DNA from: Candidatus Kerfeldbacteria bacterium CG15_BIG_FIL_POST_REV_8_21_14_020_45_12
Lineage (GTDB): Bacteria > Patescibacteriota > Patescibacteriia > UBA9570 > XYC2-FULL-38-9
Assembly (NCBI GenBank): GCA_002781785.1
Contig: PFGC01000050.1
Span: 6,304 to 70,303 of the forward strand
DNA length: 64,000 bases
Direction: 5' to 3'
In this document: piece after piece, positions 10,541 to 18,346 of the stretch
Layout: each line of letters begins with the position of its first letter
How positions within the stretch are numbered: the first letter of the stretch is position 1
Notes under the pieces: model-generated
Told to the model about the DNA's origin: nothing
The model's database searches: none
Seen by the model: only the letters and a program-made list of their open reading frames with translations
Translations under genes and position numbers: made by a program

Positions 10541-11335
10541 TCAGCTCGTTGCCGCGTCTGATTGATTATCTAGCAGACGTCCCTTGCCAACAATAATTTT
10601 CATTTGAGCAGGCACAATCTCTGCGACGCAAGGAGTATTTACGCTAAAGACATTTTCAACCGACACCTTCAGAGTTTCGCCGGTTGAATCAATGTCTATT
10701 CTTTGAGCAGGAAAAACACTAGCCCGGCCATTAGTCTTAGTTTTACGAGATAACAAGCCGCCGTTAACTTGAGGTGTGATGTTTAGCGATAGGCGACCAT
10801 CCGACGGATCGGCTAATAACGGAGTGCTGCTAGTTAGCACATCACCGGCGTTTAGTATTGAAATTCTATTTGTTTGAGAGGTTGGCGATACCGTGTACTG
10901 TTCATCGCACTGTAGCCTGAGTTCTGCCGCTGCTGGTAATTGCAGTGCCCCAAAAAAGTAATAGTCACCTATTTTACCTAGGTCCACTTCCAGCGTGCGT
11001 CGCTTGGACAATACGTCAACGGCTGCCTCTGCCACCGGCATACCTAAGAGCTTAGCGTAGCGAGAACCAGGTGCTAGTGGGATAAAACCAAAAGTAACGT
11101 CATATGGAGCCACCACGTTGACAGCTGTTGTAAACGTGTGATCATCGCCAACGGCAATAACAGTGTGAGCACCTTTTTTTATTCCGTCCTCTATTAACTC
11201 TTTGGCATTTTTAAAAATGGAGAGTTTCTCAACTCGTCCATTTATACCCAAATCAATCAGTCGCGTTTCGAGAGTTGTGAGCTGAGACTCAAACTGCTTG
11301 TCCTGGGTCAGCTTGTCGTAGAAGTAGAAATACAT
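10541..11335 (-). CDS. DAGK/NAD-kinase-fold protein with degenerate GGDGT motif
   Basis: 264 aa; VIAVGDDHTFTTAVN occupies the position of the GGDGT catalytic loop of the DAGK_cat/NAD kinase family; it may be non-catalytic. Confidence 0.4.
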   Translation of the reverse strand: MYFYFYDKLTQDKQFESQLTTLETRLIDLGINGRVEKLSIFKNAKELIEDGIKKGAHTVIAVGDDHTFTTAVNVVAPYDVTFGFIPLAPGSRYAKLLGMPVAEAAVDVLSKRRTLEVDLGKIGDYYFFGALQLPAAAELRLQCDEQYTVSPTSQTNRISILNAGDVLTSSTPLLADPSDGRLSLNITPQVNGGLLSRKTKTNGRASVFPAQRIDIDSTGETLKVSVENVFSVNTPCVAEIVPAQMKIIVGKGRLLDNQSDAATS

Positions 11336-11357
11336 GCGCGCAGCATGGTGTCACCGA

Positions 11358-11786
11358 TTAGTCTACCTTTTCCTCTGCTACAACTTGAGAGACCGTAGCG
11401 GCCGGCTTTGTGCCAGAGACACAGCGCCCCTGTACCATTGCTCCAGTTTCGATCGAGATAATATCCGTTTCAATATCACCAATAATTCTTGCTGTGCTAG
11501 TCAGTTCAATGATGTGAGTTGCAACAATGTTACCTTTCACTTCGCCGGCAATGTGCATATTCTCGGCACTGACATCAGCTTCAATAGAAGCGTCCTTTCC
11601 AACAGTTAAATTTTTTGTAGTTCTGATTGTTCCGGTCACGTGACCTTCAATCAAAATATTATCTTCACTTTCAAACACACCCTCCACTTTTACAGTAGGA
11701 CCAATCACGGTTTGGGCTGTAGTCTCTCCAGCGCTTACCATGCCATGTTCCGTGCCGTCCTCCTCTTTAGAAAACATCGCTACCAT
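11358..11786 (-). CDS. bactofilin (polymer-forming cytoskeletal protein)
   Basis: 142 aa; typical bactofilin beta-helical repeat pattern (IEGHVTGTIRTTKNLTVGKDASIEADVSAENMHIAGEVKGNI). Confidence 0.8.
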   Translation of the reverse strand: MVAMFSKEEDGTEHGMVSAGETTAQTVIGPTVKVEGVFESEDNILIEGHVTGTIRTTKNLTVGKDASIEADVSAENMHIAGEVKGNIVATHIIELTSTARIIGDIETDIISIETGAMVQGRCVSGTKPAATVSQVVAEEKVD

Positions 11787-11968
11787 AGGATATCTTGTAA
11801 CTCAAATTATCAGGTCCTTAGTGTATCGTTTCTTGCTCTCCCAAGCAAGACTCGCTGCGCGACCTACCGCTAGTTGCAGCTGGCTAGCTATAATTATTCA
11901 GTGAGGGTTGCAGAGAGTAGACGATTAGTGTGTAATGTAGCAACGAAATTCAATTCAAAAAAAGTGAT

Positions 11969-12133
11969 ATGGAAACAACTGCTCGCACAAAAAGTTTTCG
12001 TAAAGACCTACTCTTAATTGGCGCCCTTTCTATCCTTCTAATCGGCGCCATGCTAACTCTGTGGGCAATTGACGGCGACAAGTCAATTGTCGGAGATATG
12101 GCCAGTAGATTTTACACAGGCCTAATTCGCTAG
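11969..12133 (+). CDS. small hypothetical membrane protein (54 aa)
   Basis: Not in the ORF track because it is under 60 aa. METTARTKSFRKDLLLIGALSILLIGAMLTLWAIDGDK... has one predicted TM helix. It is intergenic between the bactofilin gene and tRNA-Arg. Confidence 0.25.
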   Translation: METTARTKSFRKDLLLIGALSILLIGAMLTLWAIDGDKSIVGDMASRFYTGLIR

Positions 12134-12178
12134 AAATATTGTACGACGCCTAATATTAGCTAATATTAGGTAAATTAA

Positions 12179-12250
12179 GTCCCCGTAGTTCAACGGATAG
12201 AGCAAGGCACTCCTAACGTCTAGATGTAGGTTCGATTCCTGCCGGGGACA
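12179..12250 (+). tRNA. tRNA-Arg (anticodon CCT)
   Basis: Hand-folded cloverleaf: acceptor GTCCCCG/CGGGGAC, D stem GTTC/GAGC, anticodon loop CTCCTAA, T arm GTAGG-TTCGATT-CCTGC. There is one A-C mismatch at 31-39, so the identity is less certain than the tRNA call. Confidence 0.6.
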
Positions 12251-12341
12251 CACCAGAGGACTATTAGCCTAGTTGCTTTAAGCACGCGATTCACGTGTAT
12301 GAGGATGCGAGTTCAAATATTGTATTACTTAATCTAATTAT

Positions 12342-12357
12342 TGTTCCACGTAGAACA
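12342..12357. promoter_or_regulatory. 16-bp palindromic operator-like site TGTTCCACGTAGAACA overlapping the Nudix start codon
   Basis: One of five near-identical palindromes (consensus TGTTCCACGTGGAACA) clustered around the TrmB-like regulator gene. Confidence 0.5.
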
Positions 12358-12776
12358 TGTCTAACGACTACCACCTTCCACGTGTCGCCGCTGGAGCGTT
12401 GATACTTAATAACGTCGGAGAGGTTCTTCTTTTATTGAGATCAAAAAATTGTCGTAACGATCAAGGGTTGTGGAGCTTACCCGGCGGTAAGCTTGAGTTT
12501 GGAGAAAGGCTGACCGATGCGGTTCGTAGGGAGGTTAAAGAAGAGGTCGATTTGGAACTGATCAAAATTAAACAAATAGGATACGTTGATCACATCCTAG
12601 ATGACGGCAGCCAACACTGGGTACCACAGATTTTTCTTTGCACTCAGTTCATTGGAACTGCTAGAAATGTGGAACCAGACAAGTGTGATGAATTAGGCTG
12701 GTTTTCTCTTGATAGTATCCCTGAAGAGAGGTCACAGGTGTTAACGGACGCAATCTCACTTTACACAGATCTATAA
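12357..12776 (+). CDS. Nudix hydrolase
   Basis: 139 aa; canonical Nudix box GGKLEFGERLTDAVRREVKEEVDLEL. Confidence 0.85.
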   Translation: MSNDYHLPRVAAGALILNNVGEVLLLLRSKNCRNDQGLWSLPGGKLEFGERLTDAVRREVKEEVDLELIKIKQIGYVDHILDDGSQHWVPQIFLCTQFIGTARNVEPDKCDELGWFSLDSIPEERSQVLTDAISLYTDL

Positions 12777-12781
12777 ACAAA

Positions 12782-12797
12782 TGTTCCACGTGGAACA
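12782..12797. promoter_or_regulatory. perfect 16-bp palindrome TGTTCCACGTGGAACA
   Basis: Exact inverted repeat immediately 3' of the Nudix stop, followed by a terminator hairpin. Confidence 0.5.
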
Positions 12798-12800
12798 AAA

Positions 12801-12830
12801 TAACACCCCGAGGGGTGTTATTTGTTTTTG
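12801..12830. terminator. bidirectional rho-independent terminator (aacaccccgaggggtgtt + T-run)
   Basis: GC-rich hairpin flanked by A-run and T-run. It lies between the convergent Nudix gene and the Cys-rich peptide ORF. Confidence 0.6.
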
Positions 12831-13036
12831 CAGCAATCTTCGCCGCCAGCGCACTCGTGTCCTTCTGTCTGACATTTTTCGCAAGTGCCTTGCTGGCAAT
12901 CTCCACTTTTACAGCCCCCAGCCATATTTGCTTGGACCTCTTTGGTGATATCTTTGCCATCTGGGCTAGTCGCCTCTAAAATTTCATCAGGAGTTACCCC
13001 CTTATTATCGCAGGCACAATTTCCGCCACATCCCAT
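12818..13036 (-). CDS. Cys-rich small peptide (72 aa, 12 Cys), SCIFF-like or metallothionein-like
   Basis: This is the in-frame C-terminal part of track ORF 12818..13240, starting at the internal ATG just downstream of tRNA-Ala. Sequence: MGCGGNCACDNKGVTPDEILEATSPDGKDITKEVQANMAGGCKSGDCQQGTCEKCQTEGHECAGGEDCCKNK. The Gly-Gly is followed by a Cys-dense tail. Confidence 0.4.
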   Translation of the reverse strand: MGCGGNCACDNKGVTPDEILEATSPDGKDITKEVQANMAGGCKSGDCQQGTCEKCQTEGHECAGGEDCCKNK

Positions 13037-13058
13037 AAGTATTTTGTTAAGAGTTCTG

Positions 13059-13131
13059 TGGACCATAGCGGACTTGAACCGCTGACCTCTTCCATGCCAT
13101 GGAAGCGCTCTACCAGCTGAGCTAATGGCCC
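13059..13131 (-). tRNA. tRNA-Ala (anticodon GGC)
   Basis: Cloverleaf folded by hand: acceptor GGGCCAT/ATGGTCC with the G3:U70 Ala identity pair, D arm GCTC-AGCTGGTA-GAGC, anticodon loop ATGGCAT, T arm AGCGG-TTCAAGT-CCGCT. Confidence 0.85.
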
Positions 13132-13175
13132 GTATCGAGCTACTGTATACCACGATTATCTGGCTGTGTCCACAT

Positions 13176-13191
13176 TGTTCTACGTGGAACA
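13176..13191. promoter_or_regulatory. palindromic site TGTTCTACGTGGAACA upstream of tRNA-Ala
   Basis: About 45 bp upstream of the tRNA-Ala 5' end on the minus strand; exact reverse complement of the site at 12342. Confidence 0.5.
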
Positions 13192-13212
13192 ATTGCAATA
13201 ACCAAGAAAGGA

Positions 13213-13953
13213 TTATGAGGCAGTAACCGCCGTCCGCCAAGCCAACTCAAATAGGCCTCTAAAAGTCCTAACCAAGTCCTTTGACTCAATCGCTATGGCG
13301 TATGGAGTGCTATCAAAGGAGGCGACCACAAGGGTGTTTCCAAACATGACGTTGTCACCAAAGAATTGGAACTGATCATCTATAGTACGAATAGTGTGAA
13401 AATTATTACTATATATCTTAGCATACTCTGTATTGAATTTAGTACTTGTCACCACTTCACGCACAGTATATCCACCATTACTGATCTCAGAGTAAAATTT
13501 ATTGAACAGGTCGTTTGACCTAATAACAAAAGGTTCTCTGTCAGATGAAAGCAAGTCAATCTTCGAATGTTCCACGAGGAACATTCTGTATAGCTCTGCC
13601 ACCTCTCTAGCGCCATTATAGTAATTTACGGTTGGCCGTGCCCCCTCCTTTAAATAGATATCTGACAGCAGAGGTTTAATTGATTGAAATAGGGCCAACT
13701 GCTTCTCCAGTGTGTTTCCAAGGACTGATGGTTTTTGAGCGAGAAAGATAGTGGTTGATCCGGTTTTGAGCATTGTTACTAGTCCCATGTTTTGTAACTC
13801 CTCAAGAATAACGTAGGCCGTAGGTCTTTTTATATTAGCTTGTTTTGAGATATCTAAAGCAGAAGCACTCCCTAATTCAAGCGTTGCTATGTAGACCGTG
13901 GCTTGCTTGTCGCTTAGGCCTAACTCAGTAAGTTGTTTGGTGAGTTCCTGCAT
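13213..13953 (-). CDS. TrmB-family winged-helix transcriptional regulator
   Basis: 246 aa; N-terminal TrmB-type HTH (LGLSDKQATVYIATLELGSASALDISKQANIKRPTAYVILEELQNMGLV); the C-terminal ~170 aa are uncharacterised. Confidence 0.7.
   Translation of the reverse strand: MQELTKQLTELGLSDKQATVYIATLELGSASALDISKQANIKRPTAYVILEELQNMGLVTMLKTGSTTIFLAQKPSVLGNTLEKQLALFQSIKPLLSDIYLKEGARPTVNYYNGAREVAELYRMFLVEHSKIDLLSSDREPFVIRSNDLFNKFYSEISNGGYTVREVVTSTKFNTEYAKIYSNNFHTIRTIDDQFQFFGDNVMFGNTLVVASFDSTPYAIAIESKDLVRTFRGLFELAWRTAVTAS
13568..13583. promoter_or_regulatory. palindromic site TGTTCCACGAGGAACA inside the regulator CDS
   Basis: Same motif with one central mismatch; it lies inside the regulator's own coding region. 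Confidence 0.35.
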
Positions 13954-13955
13954 AG

Positions 13956-13971
13956 TGTTCTACGTGGAACA
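13956..13971. promoter_or_regulatory. palindromic operator TGTTCTACGTGGAACA at the regulator's start codon
   Basis: Lies 3 bp from the ATG of the TrmB-like gene; suggests autoregulation. Confidence 0.55.
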
Positions 13972-14627
13972 TATGTTAAATAATGGATAGTGTCAAGAAA
14001 ACGGACACTAGAAAACTCATAAAAAATAGGAGAAAAGAGTAAAAAAACTATAAAGCGTCAAAGATTCAGACAGTCTAGATAATTCCCACAGAATTTTCAC
14101 TTGACTTACTATCTGGAAGGAGTAGCCTTTAAGTACAACTTAACTATGTCTACTAAAGTTTTCCAATTTAATTCAGTCCAGAGCGATATTCTCATCGACT
14201 CTGTTTCTTGGCGTCTGGAGTAGACCCTGCTTGATCTTTCAATGATTACTCCGGTCGCTCCGGAGTTTTTTATTTACTGGCTCCTTCACATTAGCTGCTA
14301 TTTAAGCGGCTGCTGCGAGGGAGTCAGCTGTACGTGCGAGTTCGCGCGAGCCGCTGGCCCCTCAGCTTATCAGTAAGCTTGATGCCATGAATGTTCGGCG
14401 CCTGCTCGCAGTCATGCTGCTGACTGCTTCACTGTGGGACGCCCTGCATGGGCATCACAGTCCCCACGTTGAGCCGTGCACCTCTCGTGTTGTCCGATAT
14501 GTATCTTCTAGATACGAATCGAACACCGAGGTGTTACGACTCCCCACCACGACCCGTTGAGCGCAAGCTCCGGGTCTCTTTTTTTGTAAAAAAAGACTGG
14601 CCATGAAGCGGTGTGCTCTAGGCCAGG

Positions 14628-15323
14628 TCAGGATTCGTCCTCGGCGACAACCGGGCGGCGCAGGCGCACCGTCGGGGCTTCCGTAGGATCGAAGGTAGCG
14701 GTTTCCGGTGGAGCCAGCTCCCGAGCGGTTGCCAGGTCGATGGACTGAAGTCCTCCGCTGGGAAGGCGACGAACCAGTTCGACCCTGGCGCGTGTCTGCA
14801 CGGGGGACTCCTCGCTCTCAGGAGCGATCAGCGGGAACTCTCGCATGACGTCGACGAGCGGGCTGGCCACGCCAACGAAGCGGTTGGATCGACCAGACTG
14901 GGTTTGGACACCGATCTGCTCGTTGATCCGCTCGACCAGGGACTCTGGGGTTTCGACCCCGATGCTGGCAGCGAACAGGTTCGCCTCCAGTACCACCCAG
15001 TCCTCCTCGAAGCCGTCGATCAGCGGCTGACTGCGTGCTGCCGGCCGAGGGTTGAAGGCCGAGGTCAGGCCGTCGCTCTGGCGGAAGGCCAGAGGAGAGC
15101 TGTCGTTTCGCGGCACGACCCTCTCCAGCCGGTAGAAGACGAGCGTCGGATCATCACCGAACACCCTCAGGACGGTGTCCAGGAAGTCCAAGCAGGTATC
15201 GTCTTCATCGCCGGTCGGGGCTGCCCCGAACACCAGCGCCATCATCACCGTGGGCGGTCGCCCACTTCGGGGAGCTTTCATTCTCACCTCCTTAGGTTGT
15301 GTGGTAGCCGAACTGGCTTCCAT
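14628..15323 (-). CDS. hypothetical protein on a high-GC islet
   Basis: 231 aa, acidic, no recognisable motif. The sequence is visibly far more GC-rich than the flanking genes. I preferred it over the antisense track ORF 14904..15398, which has an R/H-rich composition. Confidence 0.4.
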   Translation of the reverse strand: MEASSATTQPKEVRMKAPRSGRPPTVMMALVFGAAPTGDEDDTCLDFLDTVLRVFGDDPTLVFYRLERVVPRNDSSPLAFRQSDGLTSAFNPRPAARSQPLIDGFEEDWVVLEANLFAASIGVETPESLVERINEQIGVQTQSGRSNRFVGVASPLVDVMREFPLIAPESEESPVQTRARVELVRRLPSGGLQSIDLATARELAPPETATFDPTEAPTVRLRRPVVAEDES

Positions 15324-15402
15324 GCACGCCTACTAATTACTCTAACGCACTTAAAAAGTCAATTCTATTTACAGAATACTCTAAGCTGGGTATCGTGACC
15401 TC

Positions 15403-16875
15403 ATGAAAACACTTCAATGGAAAAAGTTGTCAGTTCGAAAGTTCTCAGCTTCTCGCTATGAGATAATTGCTCAAATTTTCTGCGATGATTTTTATCTTTC
15501 AGAATTTGGATCTAACGTACTTAATTTATTAGTCGTTCCAGAGCGTGGTAATCACGCCACCTACTTAGACGCTAATGAGTGGGAAGGATTCGCCAAGAGT
15601 CTTTATCAAACGGTAGCTAAAAGCCGTGAGACATTTGATAGGTATAAGTTGATGATTCAGCATGACCAAAAGCATTTTATCGGCGTGTGTGGAGACGTGG
15701 GCTCGCAAGATCTAACCAACGCTTCAGAGGAACAGTTGCTGGAGTGGTTTGAAGCTTATGTTGCAGCTTATCAGCAGTATTTCAGAACTTCCATCTTGAT
15801 TCCTTTTATAATGGAGCCGCTAATTAGTGATGATGCTAGGCGCCAGTTAGAAAATATTTTATCTGAACGCAAATTAGACGCTAAGTTCCAACATTACTTT
15901 GACGCCATTTTTCTTCCCGAAGAAAAAAATGCCATCACACAAGAACGTGAGGATCTTTTGCGCATAGTAGAAGACGCCGATCTGCATAGTCTCTCAGAGG
16001 TCGATGTCAACTTTCGTTTAGAAGAACATACAGCCAAATATCGTTGGATCCCTTGTTACGATATTAATGATAAGCCTTGGGGAGTTGAAACTTTTAGAAA
16101 GCTATATGATGATCTTCGTGCCGATCACTGGCAAGAAGAGCTAGAAGACCTAGTTCATTTTGGAAATCGCGCCACTGGTTTTCAGACAGCTCTAGACGAA
16201 CTTGTTACAACTGTTGATCAGAGGGTGTTGTTCACTATTGTTCATGATATTGTTTTTCTAAAAGATGAACGTGACGACTTTCGAAGACGCGGTAGTTATT
16301 TAATTCAACCATTTTTTTCAGAACTAGCTAAGCGAATGGGAGGCTTGTCCTTAGATGAAGTCTCGAATTTGCTTCAACGTGAGGTTCAAGTTTTTCTCGG
16401 TACCGGCACTTTGCCCCTGCGTAGTAAAATAAAAGAACGCACGGATGGCTTTGCTATGTTGAAGACGCCCAGAGAAGCTGAGGTTCGTATTTACAGCGGC
16501 CCTGAGGTATCCGCAGTGGCTCATGAGCAATTAGGTGACCAGCCGGAGCGCCAGGGTAATTTCCTGGAGGGCATCGTGGCTTCAGAAGGGGTGACCAGTG
16601 GTCCTGCTCGTCTCGTTATCACTAAAGACGACCTTGCTAAGATCCAACCGGGCGACATTATGGTCGCGGTTACCACACATCCAGACTATGTTCCAGCTAT
16701 GCGAAAATGTGCTGGTATTGTAACTGATGAGGGAGGGCTGACTGCGCACGCGGCCATTATTTCGCGCGAGCTTCAGATTCCATGCTTGGTTGGCGTTCAA
16801 ACTGCTACCGCAATATTTTCCGATGGTGATCAAATTACGCTTGATGCTTCAGCTGGATTTGTTAGAAAGTCATAA
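15403..16875 (+). CDS. PEP-utilising-enzyme mobile (phosphohistidine swivel) domain protein
   Basis: 490 aa; the C-terminal GGLTAHAAIISRELQIPCLVG matches the swivel His motif of PPDK/PEP synthase/rifampin phosphotransferase; the N-terminal ~350 aa are of unknown function. Confidence 0.6.
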   Translation: MKTLQWKKLSVRKFSASRYEIIAQIFCDDFYLSEFGSNVLNLLVVPERGNHATYLDANEWEGFAKSLYQTVAKSRETFDRYKLMIQHDQKHFIGVCGDVGSQDLTNASEEQLLEWFEAYVAAYQQYFRTSILIPFIMEPLISDDARRQLENILSERKLDAKFQHYFDAIFLPEEKNAITQEREDLLRIVEDADLHSLSEVDVNFRLEEHTAKYRWIPCYDINDKPWGVETFRKLYDDLRADHWQEELEDLVHFGNRATGFQTALDELVTTVDQRVLFTIVHDIVFLKDERDDFRRRGSYLIQPFFSELAKRMGGLSLDEVSNLLQREVQVFLGTGTLPLRSKIKERTDGFAMLKTPREAEVRIYSGPEVSAVAHEQLGDQPERQGNFLEGIVASEGVTSGPARLVITKDDLAKIQPGDIMVAVTTHPDYVPAMRKCAGIVTDEGGLTAHAAIISRELQIPCLVGVQTATAIFSDGDQITLDASAGFVRKS

Positions 16876-16960
16876 GAAAAACTGGGCAAAGATTTACCGA
16901 TTTGCCATTAGGGGGCTTGCATTATATTGAAAAGCCTGTATTCTATCTCTAGATCCAGCT

Positions 16961-18250
16961 ATGGACCAAGCATCGATATACATTCTTATAATCTTAATCC
17001 TTTTATCGGGATTTTTCTCAGGGGCAGAAATAGCCCTTTTTTCTCTATCTTCTGCAAAAGTACGCGCTTTAGTCGCACGTAAGTCTAGGAATGCTAAGCT
17101 TTTACAGCGAGTTAAAGCTAGGCCACAGCGCTTGCTCATCACTATTTTAATCGGAAACAACCTGGTTAATATCAGTGCTTCATCGCTCGCTACCGTTGTG
17201 GCGATCGACAAATTTGGCAATGCCGGAGTCGGTGTGGCTACAGGAGTGATGACCTTTTTGATTTTATTCTTAGGAGAGATTACTCCAAAGAGCATTGCGC
17301 AAAAATACGCCGAACAACTCTCGCTTAGAGTAGCGCCAATTATGCGGTTCTTGATGCTGGCCCTATCGCCGCTGGTTTGGGTCATGTACATCTTAACCAG
17401 AGGTGTCCAAGTTATTACCAAAACTGATAAGCTAACGTCTTCAGTGTCTGAGGAAGAGGTCAGGGCCATGGTTGACATTGGTCACGAAGAGGGCAGTTTG
17501 GAGCATGGCGAAAAAGAGATGATTCAAAATGTTTTCTTGCTCAATGATATTGCGGCTGAGGACGTCATGACTCCAGATGAGTACATGGTGTACTTCAATA
17601 CCGACACGCTCTTACGCGAAGCCATTGCCGTAATTGAAGAGTCTGGTTTTTCTCGTTTCCCAGTTCGTAGCGCCACTGGCGACGAGGTTGTAGGTGTTTT
17701 ATATATCAAAGATGTTTTTGCACTACTGGCAAAGCAAGCACACGCAGGTGCCACAGATGAAGTTTATGATACGCCGATTTCACAACTCATAAAATCACCG
17801 TTCTTTGTTCCTGAAACCATGCACGTTGATGATTTAATGAAAGAATTTCAAAAAGTTCGCAAGCACATCGCTATCGTTGTAGACGAACACGGCAAAACCC
17901 GAGGCCTTGTTACCTTAGAAGATCTTCTGGAGGAAATCGTTGGCGAGATTGTCGACGAAACCGACATTGACGACAAGATGATACGCCGCATCAACAAGCA
18001 CACCATCATGATCGATCCACGCATCGCCATTGGTAAAGTTAATACATTCTTTAACTCAGAGCTCAAGGGTCCCACCCACAAAACCATTGGCTGGTTGACC
18101 ATTAAGCACTTTGGTCGGATTCCTCAGAAAGGAGACGCTGTCACAATAAATGGATATAACTTTACAGTTGAGGAGGCAGACGAGCGCAGGGTGAAGCGCC
18201 TGTTGATGATTAAAACTGCTGAGGCCAGGGCCCTTGAACACGCCAAATAG
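16961..18250 (+). CDS. CNNM/CorC-family protein (DUF21 TM domain + CBS pair + CorC_HlyC)
   Basis: 429 aa; four N-terminal TM helices, tandem CBS region and a C-terminal CorC/HlyC transporter-associated domain. Confidence 0.85.
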   Translation: MDQASIYILIILILLSGFFSGAEIALFSLSSAKVRALVARKSRNAKLLQRVKARPQRLLITILIGNNLVNISASSLATVVAIDKFGNAGVGVATGVMTFLILFLGEITPKSIAQKYAEQLSLRVAPIMRFLMLALSPLVWVMYILTRGVQVITKTDKLTSSVSEEEVRAMVDIGHEEGSLEHGEKEMIQNVFLLNDIAAEDVMTPDEYMVYFNTDTLLREAIAVIEESGFSRFPVRSATGDEVVGVLYIKDVFALLAKQAHAGATDEVYDTPISQLIKSPFFVPETMHVDDLMKEFQKVRKHIAIVVDEHGKTRGLVTLEDLLEEIVGEIVDETDIDDKMIRRINKHTIMIDPRIAIGKVNTFFNSELKGPTHKTIGWLTIKHFGRIPQKGDAVTINGYNFTVEEADERRVKRLLMIKTAEARALEHAK

Positions 18251-18346
18251 GTTGACTTTAGCTCTGACATAACGTAAATAGAAGGCGACTCAAAAGTGAG
18301 TCGCTCTTTGTTAAACAAATCAACTCGCACGCCGACGTGCAATTTT

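Noticed and set aside
12661-12960. 99-aa minus ORF overlapping the Nudix gene and the Cys-peptide region
   Set aside because: It is antisense to a well-supported Nudix CDS and in a different frame from the Cys-rich peptide. It has a K/A-rich composition with no motif.
12818-13240. The full 140-aa track ORF across tRNA-Ala
   Set aside because: Its N-terminal two-thirds are the tRNA-Ala(GGC) gene and flanks read in frame. Only the C-terminal Cys-rich segment starting at the internal ATG was retained.
12342-13971. Interpretation of the five palindromes as a REP/MITE-type mobile repeat
   Set aside because: The copies are confined to one locus. They are positioned at start codons or promoters, and they are adjacent to a winged-helix regulator. 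The operator interpretation fits better, but a genome-wide count is needed.
14461-14560. tRNA-like fragment (GGTGTTCGATTC resembles a T-loop) at the edge of high-GC islet 1
   Set aside because: I could not fold any acceptor, D or anticodon arms. It is probably a chance T-loop-like heptamer. It might still be worth a covariance-model scan as a possible att remnant.
14904-15398. 164-aa plus-strand ORF antisense to the high-GC 231-aa gene
   Set aside because: R/H/G-rich composition with no motifs. It is most likely a GC-rich antisense artefact, and the minus-strand frame was preferred with low confidence.
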